NCBI GenBank assembly: GCA_965221725.1
Contig: OZ244909.1
Coordinates: 2,629,925-2,693,924 of the forward strand
Source of the DNA: Gammaproteobacteria bacterium
GTDB taxonomy: Bacteria; Pseudomonadota; Gammaproteobacteria; HK1
Length of the DNA stretch: 64,000 bases
Direction of reading: 5' to 3'
Shown here piece after piece: positions 55,533 through 64,000 of the stretch (positions within the stretch are counted from its first letter, which is position 1; each line of letters opens with the position of its first letter). Below the pieces are notes generated by a model. It saw nothing but the letters and a program-made list of their open reading frames with translations. It was not told the origin of the DNA and did no database searches. The translations under genes were made by a program, and so were the position numbers.

Positions 55533-56683
55533 GACGCACCTCCATCGGCTGTCATGTGTGGATGAGAGTCCGGCGCGGCATCCTCCGCCCGAGCTTTGCC
55601 GTTCGCACGGGGGAGGGGCTTCTTTGCCCGCGGATTGGTGATCGCCTTGCGCTCATGATAGTGGAACGCATACGCCTCGTGCACGGCGGCACGGATGGTC
55701 GTCGGCTGGTAGCCGAGTTCCCGTTTCGCCTTGTCCAGGTTGGCGTGACGGCACTTTTGCAGGAGCCGGATGGCGCCTGGTGTGAGTCGCTGGGGAAAGT
55801 CCGGGTGGAACCGGCTGAGATAGAAACTCGCCGCCTCCGAAAAGACATACATCAGGCCGGCTGGCATCCGCCGCCGAGGCCGCGGTTGTCCGGAGACCTC
55901 CTCGTACAGGTTCAGCAGATCGGAGATGGTCTTGTATTCGGTGCTGAAAATATATTTTTCGCCGGATCGGCCACGGTGCATGCAAAGCACATGTCCCGCG
56001 ACGATGTCCCCGACGGCAACGAACTCGAAGCCGCCATCGACGTACGCACGCAGCTTCCCGTTCGTGTAGTCGCACAACGTCCTTCCAAGACGCGACGGAG
56101 AGAAATCCGCGCCTCCGACGACTGCGCAGCAGGTTGCGACGACGATATCCTGCCCCTTCGCTGCGGCATGCCAGCATTCGTGCTCGACGAGCGACTTGCT
56201 TCGCTCGTAGGGCATCGTGCGTTCCATTGGATAGAACGGCATCGTCTCGTTGCTGGGAGCGGAAGGATTGTCCGGATCGTAGCCGACGGCGCTGAACGAG
56301 CCGGTGACCACCACCCGTCCGGCGTCCACTTCCCGGGCCGCCAGCAGCACGTTGCGGGTGCCGAGGACGTTGCACTCGAAGATCTCGCGTTGATGAGCGC
56401 GATTGCCCTCGATCGTGGAGATCTTTGCCGCGACATGATAGACGCCCCGGCAGCCCTTGATTGCACTCCGGGTGGCGTCAAGGTCCCGGAGATCACCGAA
56501 GGCGCGCTCCACTTCCAGACCTTCCATCGCCTGATTGTTGCTCTCGGGCCTCAGCAGCACGCGCACGCGAATACCGTCGGCGAGCAGGCGACGCACGAGG
56601 TTGGCGCCCACATGTCCGGTCGCACCGGTCACGAAGACTGGGGGTTCGGCCGAGTGGTGGATCTTGTTCAGCTCTGATTTCAA
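55529..56683 (-). CDS. sdmB: NAD(P)-dependent SDR, sterol C4 decarboxylase/3-ketoreductase (SdmB-like)
   Basis: VTGATGHVGANLVR, GDLRD, YxxxK (YERSK) and SRLGRT...LRAYV.GGFEFV; ATGA overlap with sdmA. Confidence 0.8.
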   Translation of the reverse strand: MKSELNKIHHSAEPPVFVTGATGHVGANLVRRLLADGIRVRVLLRPESNNQAMEGLEVERAFGDLRDLDATRSAIKGCRGVYHVAAKISTIEGNRAHQREIFECNVLGTRNVLLAAREVDAGRVVVTGSFSAVGYDPDNPSAPSNETMPFYPMERTMPYERSKSLVEHECWHAAAKGQDIVVATCCAVVGGADFSPSRLGRTLCDYTNGKLRAYVDGGFEFVAVGDIVAGHVLCMHRGRSGEKYIFSTEYKTISDLLNLYEEVSGQPRPRRRMPAGLMYVFSEAASFYLSRFHPDFPQRLTPGAIRLLQKCRHANLDKAKRELGYQPTTIRAAVHEAYAFHYHERKAITNPRAKKPLPRANGKARAEDAAPDSHPHMTADGGAS

Positions 56684-56742
56684 GTTTCTGATCCTACTGT
56701 GTTTTTCAGTCCCGGAGACGAAACCCGACTTCGTCCCTGCGT

Positions 56743-57973
56743 CAGGGTGACCGCATATAAAGTCATTGTCCCATCAACAACTTATCTCGGAAGGCATCGT
56801 TCAGAGCGGCCCGGACTCTCTTGCGCCTATAGCTCATTTTCGTCTTCTCGCGCTTGAGTAGGTTCATCGCCATGTGACGAATCACCCCGATGTTGTGAGG
56901 CGCATTGCCTCGACGAATCCGGCTTGCGTCTTCGCGAAACGTCACGTCCAACCGCCAGTGCAACCCGTTCTCGATACTCCAATGTGAACGCACCGCCCGT
57001 TGAAACACCTTCACGTCATCAAGCGAGGTGATGTAGTAGCGCCGCTCAACACTGACACGCCCTCCACAATGACGTTCCGACTCCACCATTCCCATCGCTT
57101 TCAGTCCCTTCCACTTCCCGACACCCGACAACGCACCAAGGTCCGTGGACAAGAAATAGCTCCGGTGCTCAATCCGCCCGTGACCTTCGTCGCAAGTCGC
57201 CTCGTGCCCCATCTCCGAACCGCCAAAGTCGCACCGCTCCGCCGCCTCGAAATACGCCCGAACCTCGCGCTCCAATTCCGGCTGATTGCGCTTCAGCGCC
57301 AACACGTAATCCCCACCGCCTTTCTTGACCTGCTTCGCGATCGCGCGTTGGCACCCCATCGCATCCAGCGTCACGATACACCCCTTCAATTGAAGCTTCT
57401 CCAGCAACTCCGGCACCGCCACGATCTCGTTCGACTTCTCGTCGGTTTTCACCTGCCCAAGCACCACCCCATTGCGACACGCCCAGGCACTGACCATATG
57501 CAGCGCCTTCACCCCTCGCTTGCGATCATGGGTGCGTCGATGCGTCTTGCCATCGAGCGCAATGATCTCACCGTCGCTGAGCTTGACCACGTCCTCCATC
57601 CAACTGAGAAAGCACGCCTGAAACCCACTGACCGACAACGCCGAGATGATGCGGGCAATCGTGTCATCGACCGGGACCCCATTGGCCAGCGGGACATAAC
57701 GACGTAACCAGTCCAGCTTTGCGCGACCGAACTCCTCGATGTCGCACCAACCTTCGGCCCCACTGAGCACCGCGCACACGCACAGCACGATGACATCAAT
57801 CAACTCATGCTTCTTGTTCCGGTCGACGCGCGGGTCTTCCAACTTCGAGAAATGTTCGATCAGACCCTCGGGGGCACTGTTGTCCATTGCTGATCACGTT
57901 CCTCTCCTTGGCCAGAGTGGCATTAGATCACAGAATGCACTGATTTACATGGGATTTTAGTGATCTTGCCCTG
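56743..57973 (-). mobile_element. Complete ISAs1-family insertion sequence (1231 bp) with 10-bp target-site duplication
   Basis: Ends CAGGGTGACC... (56743) and ...TCTTGCCCTG (57973). Flanking direct repeat GTCCCTGCGT at 56733-56742 and 57974-57983. Confidence 0.95.
56763..57887 (-). CDS. ISAs1-family transposase (intact, 374 aa)
   Basis: HFSKLEDPR, IIALDGKT, DEKSNEI, IVTLDAMGCQ, VRSHWSIENGLHWRLDVTFRED. Confidence 0.96.
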   Translation of the reverse strand: MDNSAPEGLIEHFSKLEDPRVDRNKKHELIDVIVLCVCAVLSGAEGWCDIEEFGRAKLDWLRRYVPLANGVPVDDTIARIISALSVSGFQACFLSWMEDVVKLSDGEIIALDGKTHRRTHDRKRGVKALHMVSAWACRNGVVLGQVKTDEKSNEIVAVPELLEKLQLKGCIVTLDAMGCQRAIAKQVKKGGGDYVLALKRNQPELEREVRAYFEAAERCDFGGSEMGHEATCDEGHGRIEHRSYFLSTDLGALSGVGKWKGLKAMGMVESERHCGGRVSVERRYYITSLDDVKVFQRAVRSHWSIENGLHWRLDVTFREDASRIRRGNAPHNIGVIRHMAMNLLKREKTKMSYRRKRVRAALNDAFRDKLLMGQ

Positions 57974-58032
57974 GTCCCTGCGTCGGGCCGCATCGCGCCC
58001 CCGACCTGTTTTGGAGTCGGCTACGCAAGCGT

Positions 58033-58062
58033 AGTGTAGAGACGAGAAAACGTAAAATCCAA
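58033..58062 (-). promoter_or_regulatory. Candidate native sigma70 promoter of the sterol operon, now separated from it by ISAs1
   Basis: AT-rich patch; minus strand TTGGAT-18 bp-TACACT. Adjacent palindrome TATCGG-g-CCGATA (58074-58086). Confidence 0.3.
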
Positions 58063-58227
58063 TACTACATTCATATCGGGCCGATAATTTTTTGTTATAT
58101 CCGGTGTCTGCTGGTGCCTCCTCTCGGGGGCGAAACACGATTATGCGCCCATCATGCGGATCGGCGATGCAGCGAACGAGTCCCGCGCGGGAGCGCCGTC
58201 CCCGGCGCCGCCCTGATGTTCCCCTGC

Positions 58228-59019
58228 TTACCAGCGGTTCCTCAGCTCGCGCAACCTCAGGAAGACGGTCTTCGGGTCGAGCGGTCCGGACAGGTCGGGG
58301 AACGCTTCGCGCAGTCTGGCAATGATGACGGGGCTCTCGAGACGGAAGAACGTGTTGATCTCCTTCTCCAGCGCCAGTGTCGACACCGGGGCGTCGTCGG
58401 GGGCGCGCCCGTCCACCTCGCCGAGCAGCTCGGCCGCCCGTGTGTTGCCGGGCTCGCGATCGAGGGTGAAGCGGAGGTTGTTCTCCAGGTAGTCGTGGCC
58501 GGGGTAGATGCGGGTCGCATCCGGCAGCTTCGCAAGCTGCCGGACGAACGTCTGGTACAGCTCGTGGGGATGGCCGCCGTTGTGGCAGTTGCCCGCACCG
58601 GCGTTGAACAGCGTGTCGCCGCAGAACAGCGCCGGGGTGTCGGTGTGCGAGAGCAGGCAGACATGGCTCATCGTATGGCCCGGGGTGTCGAGCGCTTCGA
58701 GTTCCACGGTGCGGCCGACTCTGACTACGTCCCCGGCCTCGAGCCCTTCGTCCATGTTCGGAATGCGTGCCCCCGCGTTCGCATGGGCCAGGATCTTCGC
58801 CCCCGTCGCCTCCACCATGGGGCCGTTGCCGCCGATGTGGTCGCCGTGCTCGTGGGTGTTGAGGATCTGCGTGATCTCGAATCCCCGAGCCCGAGCCGTG
58901 GCAAGGCACTTGCGGTGATCGAGCGGATCGACGGCGAGCGCCTCCCCGGTGTCAGGGCATGCGATGAGGTAGTTGAAGTTGCGGTAGGCGTTCGCAGTCC
59001 AGATCTGTTCGACGATCAT
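58228..59019 (-). CDS. gloB: Hydroxyacylglutathione hydrolase (glyoxalase II)-like metallo-beta-lactamase
   Basis: NFNYLI, LNTHEHGDHIGGN, DTPGHTMSH, FCGDTLFNAGAG and YPGHDY. Start at MIVEQIW. Confidence 0.82.
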   Translation of the reverse strand: MIVEQIWTANAYRNFNYLIACPDTGEALAVDPLDHRKCLATARARGFEITQILNTHEHGDHIGGNGPMVEATGAKILAHANAGARIPNMDEGLEAGDVVRVGRTVELEALDTPGHTMSHVCLLSHTDTPALFCGDTLFNAGAGNCHNGGHPHELYQTFVRQLAKLPDATRIYPGHDYLENNLRFTLDREPGNTRAAELLGEVDGRAPDDAPVSTLALEKEINTFFRLESPVIIARLREAFPDLSGPLDPKTVFLRLRELRNRW

Positions 59020-59132
59020 GGTGCGTCTCCGGAGGTGGGGCGAGGGTGGCAGTCTACCGTCCCACCGCGGGCGCATGGGGACGGGGTGCGGGCGATCGCG
59101 CCACCCTGGCGCCGGCGGGGCCTGACCGCCGG

Positions 59133-59753
59133 TCAGTACAGCATCTCGGGAAGGGTTTCGCGGAGCCTGCGGTCGATCGCCTCGCCGTCGGACCGGCCGG
59201 TGTGGTCGGCGAGCATCTGCCCGAACGACGCCAGCGCGCTCTCGCGATCCACCCGCGACTCGTCCGCCCAGAGCCGTGAGCGCACGAGCGCCTTCGTGCA
59301 CTGGAGAAAGACCTCTTCCACCTCGATCAGAAGGCCGCTCTGCGGTGCCCGGCCATTGATGGCGAGCGGTTCGAGCCGTGCCGGGTCCGTGGTCAGGATC
59401 GCGCGGCCGTTGAGCCGAAGCGTCTCGTTCGCGCCGGGGATCATGAACAGCAGCCCCACATGGGGATTCTCGAGGATGTTCCTCAGTGAATCGGTGCGGT
59501 TGTTGCCGCGGCGATCCGGCAGGAGGATGGTTCGGTCGTCGAGGACGGCGACGAAGCCCGGGGGGTCGCCGCGCGGCGAGCAGTCCGCCCGCCCGTCCGC
59601 CCCCGAGGTGGCGAGCACCACGAACGGAGAGAGTGCGATGAACCGGCGGCAGTGCCGGTCCAGGCGGTCGAGCGACTTCCTCACCGCGTTCTCGCTCGGC
59701 TCGCCGTAGCGGCTTCGGAGATCCTCCGCTGTTTCGATGAGGTGCTGCGCCAC
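59133..59753 (-). CDS. Pyridoxamine 5'-phosphate oxidase-family FMN-binding protein
   Basis: FIALSPFVVLAT, DCSPRGDPPGFV, LPDRRGNNRTDS and GLLFMIPG..ETLRLNG; GTG start with GGAG RBS. Confidence 0.88.
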   Translation of the reverse strand: MAQHLIETAEDLRSRYGEPSENAVRKSLDRLDRHCRRFIALSPFVVLATSGADGRADCSPRGDPPGFVAVLDDRTILLPDRRGNNRTDSLRNILENPHVGLLFMIPGANETLRLNGRAILTTDPARLEPLAINGRAPQSGLLIEVEEVFLQCTKALVRSRLWADESRVDRESALASFGQMLADHTGRSDGEAIDRRLRETLPEMLY

Positions 59754-59841
59754 TGGTCGCTCCGTTCGTGTCGGCCCACCCGGGCCTGCGCCGATCATGC
59801 GCCACGCGGGGCCGGGGTCTCAAGGGAGAGCCGTGGCCCGG

Positions 59842-60015
59842 CAGGACCATTTTTTGTCGGGAGCGAGTGCCGACGACCGGTGCGCAGATGCCCTCAATGC
59901 CGTCGAAAGCAGCTCCATGCGGCCCGAACGGACACCCAGACAACGAAACTCTCTCCCCGAAATGACCCGTTGGACGCGCTCACATCAACCGCTGCCGGAC
60001 AAAAAACGAGCCCTG
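59842..60015. mobile_element. 174-bp non-coding MITE with imperfect terminal inverted repeats and 10-bp target-site duplication
   Basis: Left end CAGGACCATTTTTTGTCGG; right end (revcomp) CAGGGCTCGTTTTTTGTCCGG. Perfect flanking direct repeat CGTGGCCCGG at 59832-59841 and 60016-60025. Confidence 0.75.
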
Positions 60016-60160
60016 CGTGGCCCGGTTTTGCGAGCGTCGGACGCGCTCGATTCCAGGGGCGCCATCCGCCGCGGGCGGCGGCATTCCGGCTTGCGCCCCG
60101 GTCGCGGCCGGGGTCTCCGATCGGGCGAACGTGCGGCTCGACGACGACCGAAACCGGACC

Positions 60161-61375
60161 CTACCGTGCGTGCTCCTGCTTCCCCGCCCAACGCATGGCC
60201 GCGAAGGTGGCCGCCCCGAAGACGGCAAACGCCCCGATCTGCGCGTACATGGTGCCGTCGAAGCCCCGGCCCACCAGCGCTCCGAGCGGGACGGACAGGA
60301 AGGTCGAGAGCGATGCGACCACCGCCGCCCCCACGCCGGCGATGTGCCCGAGGGGCTCCATCGCCAGTGCATTGAGGTTGCCGAACAGAAGGCCGATGAA
60401 CACGAAGACGACCATCAGGTACGTCATGAACAGCCACAGCGGCGGCAGCCCGTCGAACGCGAACACCCCCGCCCACGCCGCCACCGAGAGAAGCGCGATG
60501 GAGCCGGCTGCAATCTTCGACAGCCGGCGCATCCCGTGCCGCATCACGAGCCGGCTGTTCAGGAGCGACGCGACGCCGATGGCGAGGGCCAGGGCGCCGA
60601 AGTACACCGGGAAGAGGGCGCCGGTCCGATATGCCTCCTGAAAGATCTGCTGGGACGTGGCGAGGTAGGCGACGAAGGGAGCGAAGATGCACCCCTGCGC
60701 CAGGGTATATCCCAGGGCGGCGCGGATGCGCAGGATCTCCAGCAATGCCTGACCGACGGTCCGGGGCCGTAACGGCCGCCGCCGTTCCACCGGTAGGGTC
60801 TCCGGCTGGCGCAGCGCCAGCCACGCGAAGGCCAGCGCCGCGATCAACAGGAAGGCCGTGAAGATCGTGCGCCAGTTGCCCAGCCACAGGATCCCCTGTC
60901 CGAACGCGGGAGCGATGGCCGGCACGAGGATGAACACCGACATCACGAACGACATGAGGCGAGCCATCCGGCGCCCCTCGTACTGATCGCGCACCAGAGC
61001 CACCGTCACCACGCGCGGTCCCGCAACCCCGATCCCCTGCAGGATGCGGCCTGCGATCATCGCCTCGAAGGTGGTCGCGAAGATGGATACCACACACCCG
61101 ATCGCGAAGACCGCAAGGCCGGCATGGATCGCCGGTTTGCGCCCGATCTGGTCGGAGAGCGGGCCGAAGAGAATCTGGCCGAGCCCGAGCCCCACGAACA
61201 GCGAGGTGATGACGAGCTGCACGTCGTTCGCGTGCGTCGCGCCGAGGTCGCGACCGATGTCCGGCAGTGCGGGCAGCATCGCATCGATCGAGAGCGCGAC
61301 CAGCGACATCAGCAGCGCGACGAGGGGAACGAACTCGGCGGTGCGAAGTGCCGGTCCGGCCTGCATCGTGTTCAT
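60161..61375 (-). CDS. Bcr/CflA-family multidrug efflux MFS transporter
   Basis: ALSIDAMLPALP, GPLSDQIGRKP, GRILQG, LVRDQYEG..MARLMS and PETLP. Confidence 0.92.
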   Translation of the reverse strand: MNTMQAGPALRTAEFVPLVALLMSLVALSIDAMLPALPDIGRDLGATHANDVQLVITSLFVGLGLGQILFGPLSDQIGRKPAIHAGLAVFAIGCVVSIFATTFEAMIAGRILQGIGVAGPRVVTVALVRDQYEGRRMARLMSFVMSVFILVPAIAPAFGQGILWLGNWRTIFTAFLLIAALAFAWLALRQPETLPVERRRPLRPRTVGQALLEILRIRAALGYTLAQGCIFAPFVAYLATSQQIFQEAYRTGALFPVYFGALALAIGVASLLNSRLVMRHGMRRLSKIAAGSIALLSVAAWAGVFAFDGLPPLWLFMTYLMVVFVFIGLLFGNLNALAMEPLGHIAGVGAAVVASLSTFLSVPLGALVGRGFDGTMYAQIGAFAVFGAATFAAMRWAGKQEHAR

Positions 61376-61424
61376 CCCGGCTGCTCCCGTGTCGAAGGAG
61401 CTCGCACGATGACTGCTTGCAGGT

Positions 61425-63059
61425 TCAGAGCGATTTCGCCCGATCGCGCAGCACGAACTTCTGAATCTTGCCGGTCGAGGTCTTCGGCAGCGGGCCGAAC
61501 ACCACGGTGCGCGGCATCTTGTAGCGCGCGATGCGCTCGCGGCACCACGCCATGACCTGCTTCTCGCCGAGGTCGTCGGCGCCGTCGCGAGGGGTCACGA
61601 ACGCGCAGACGGTCTCGCCCCAGTGATCGTCGGGTCGGGCGACCACCGCCGCTTCCATGATGTCGGGGTGCCGGAACAGGCATTCCTCGACCTCCAGGCT
61701 CGAGATGTTCTCGCCGCCGCTGATGATGATGTCCTTGGCGCGATCCTTCACTTCCACGTAGCCGTCGGGGTGACGCACCGCGAGGTCGCCGGTGTGGAAC
61801 CAGCCGCCGCGGAACGCCTCTTCCGTAGCTTCCTGATTCTTGAGGTAGCCGCGCATCACGGTATTGCCGCGCAGCATCAGCTCGCCGATGGTCTCGCCGT
61901 CGCGCGGGGTCTCGGCCATGGTCTCGCCGTCGGCCACCATCATCGCGTGCATGGTGTGGTAAGGGACGCCCTGGCGGGCCATTCGTTCCGCGCGCCCTTC
62001 CATGTCGAGCACATCCCATGCGTCTTGCCACGCGCACACGGTGGCCGGGCCGTAGGTCTCGGTGAGGCCGTAGAGATGGGTGACGTTGAACCCCATCCTC
62101 GACATCCCCTCGATCACCGCGCTCGGCGGTGCCGCCCCGCCGGTCGCCACCTCGACCACATGCCCGAACCGGCGCTTCACCGACTCCGGCGCATGCAGCA
62201 GCAGGTTGAGCACGACCGGCGCACCGCACATGTGAGTCACCCCGTGCTCCTCGATGAGCCCGAAGACGAGCGCGGGGTCGATGGCCCGCAGGCACACGTG
62301 GGTGCCTCCCGCCGCGGTCACCCCCCAGGTGTACGTCCAGCCGTTGCAGTGGAACATCGGCAGCGTCCACAGGTAGCGCGACCGGGCGCCGATGCCGAAC
62401 GCGAGCATCTGGCCGCTGGCATTGAGGTACGCGCCGCGGTGGTGGGAGACGACGCCCTTGGGGTTGCCGGTGGTGCCCGACGTGTAGCCGAGACTGATCG
62501 CCTGCCATTCGTCGTCCGGGAGGCGGTAGCCGTAGTCCGGCGATCCCTCGTCGAGGAAGGCCTCGTAGTCCGTCTCTCCGATCCGGTCGCCGCTCTCGCA
62601 CAGGGGGTCGTCGATGTCGATCACGATCGGCGGCGCGCGCATCCCTTCGAGTGCCCGCGCGATGACCGGCGAGAACTCGCGGTCGGTGATGAGCACCTTC
62701 GTCTCGGCGTGGCCCAGGATGAACCGGATGGTGGCGGCGTCCAGCCGGTAGTTCAGCGCGTTGAGGACCGCGCCGCACATCGGCACCCCGAAGTGGGCCT
62801 CGAGCATCTCGGGGATGTTCGGGGCCATGAGCGAGACGGTGTCGCCGACGCCGATGCCGCGCCTGGCCAGCGCGCCGGCGAGGCGCCGGCAGCGCGCGTG
62901 CAGCTCCGCGTAGGTGTGCCGGCGCGGTCCGTGCACCACGGCCGTCTTGTCGGGGTAGACCATCGCGGACCGCTCCAGGAAGCTGATCGGCGAGAGCGGC
63001 ACGAAGTTCGCGGGTCGCTTGTCGAGGCCCTGCTCGTAGGGGTTGCCGGTTACGGTCAT
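61425..63059 (-). CDS. Acyl-CoA synthetase (AMP-forming)
   Basis: YTSGTTGNPKG, LPMFHCNGW, YGLTETYGP, GWFHTGD, DRAKDIIISGGENISS and PKTSTGKIQK. Confidence 0.93.
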   Translation of the reverse strand: MTVTGNPYEQGLDKRPANFVPLSPISFLERSAMVYPDKTAVVHGPRRHTYAELHARCRRLAGALARRGIGVGDTVSLMAPNIPEMLEAHFGVPMCGAVLNALNYRLDAATIRFILGHAETKVLITDREFSPVIARALEGMRAPPIVIDIDDPLCESGDRIGETDYEAFLDEGSPDYGYRLPDDEWQAISLGYTSGTTGNPKGVVSHHRGAYLNASGQMLAFGIGARSRYLWTLPMFHCNGWTYTWGVTAAGGTHVCLRAIDPALVFGLIEEHGVTHMCGAPVVLNLLLHAPESVKRRFGHVVEVATGGAAPPSAVIEGMSRMGFNVTHLYGLTETYGPATVCAWQDAWDVLDMEGRAERMARQGVPYHTMHAMMVADGETMAETPRDGETIGELMLRGNTVMRGYLKNQEATEEAFRGGWFHTGDLAVRHPDGYVEVKDRAKDIIISGGENISSLEVEECLFRHPDIMEAAVVARPDDHWGETVCAFVTPRDGADDLGEKQVMAWCRERIARYKMPRTVVFGPLPKTSTGKIQKFVLRDRAKSL

Positions 63060-63185
63060 CGCGTATGCTCGGTGAGTCGTCGGCGGTGGAAATGCAGCGT
63101 AGTGTGTCCGGGCTATCCCACCATCGAAAGCGCCGCACACGCTCGGATCGGGCGCGGCGTTGGAATCGAACGCATCGTTTACGGG

Positions 63186-64000
<815 letters not shown>

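Noticed and set aside
59020-59943. Upstream extension making a 571-aa ORF with the glyoxalase II-like gene
   Set aside because: It is an alternative-frame read-through of the PPOX-family gene and the MITE; family-like sequence starts at MIVEQIW (59019).

Overview
GC-rich bacterial window, probably proteobacterial (not provable from sequence alone), with three parts. (1) 1-27 kb is a defence island. It holds a Fic protein, a single-chain type IIG/ISP-like restriction-modification enzyme, eroded AAA-ATPase/DUF4276 remnants and three cobalamin genes (cobK, cbiD, cobB). It also holds a complete type 1 BREX locus (brxA-brxB-brxC-pglX-pglZ-brxL) carrying a nested, translationally coupled SIR2-HerA-KTSC module and several deletion scars. 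(2) 27-38.6 kb holds housekeeping and accessory genes: NnrU, head-to-head truncated arfB and enolase-superfamily genes, a GldAFG-like ABC/DUF4340 operon divergent from degQ with paired sigma32-like promoters, RidA, YbgA and an alkaline-phosphatase-family enzyme. (3) 38.6-58 kb is a near-complete bacterial STEROL biosynthesis and export cluster, the highlight of the window. It encodes squalene synthase, a squalene epoxidase-oxidosqualene cyclase fusion with an atypical active site, CYP51, an ERG24-type C14 reductase, SdmA/SdmB C4-demethylation enzymes and a DHCR24-like reductase. It also encodes an unexplained GPP34(GOLPH3)-cytochrome P450 fusion with a non-canonical I-helix, and an MMPL/RND + LolA-like + outer-membrane protein set as candidate exporter. 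An intact ISAs1 element (10-bp target duplication) sits just upstream of the sterol operon, and a 174-bp MITE with ISAs1-like ends lies nearby. The window ends with glyoxalase II-like, PPOX-family, Bcr/CflA MFS, acyl-CoA synthetase and partial metY genes. All family assignments come from motif recognition by eye; no searches were run.
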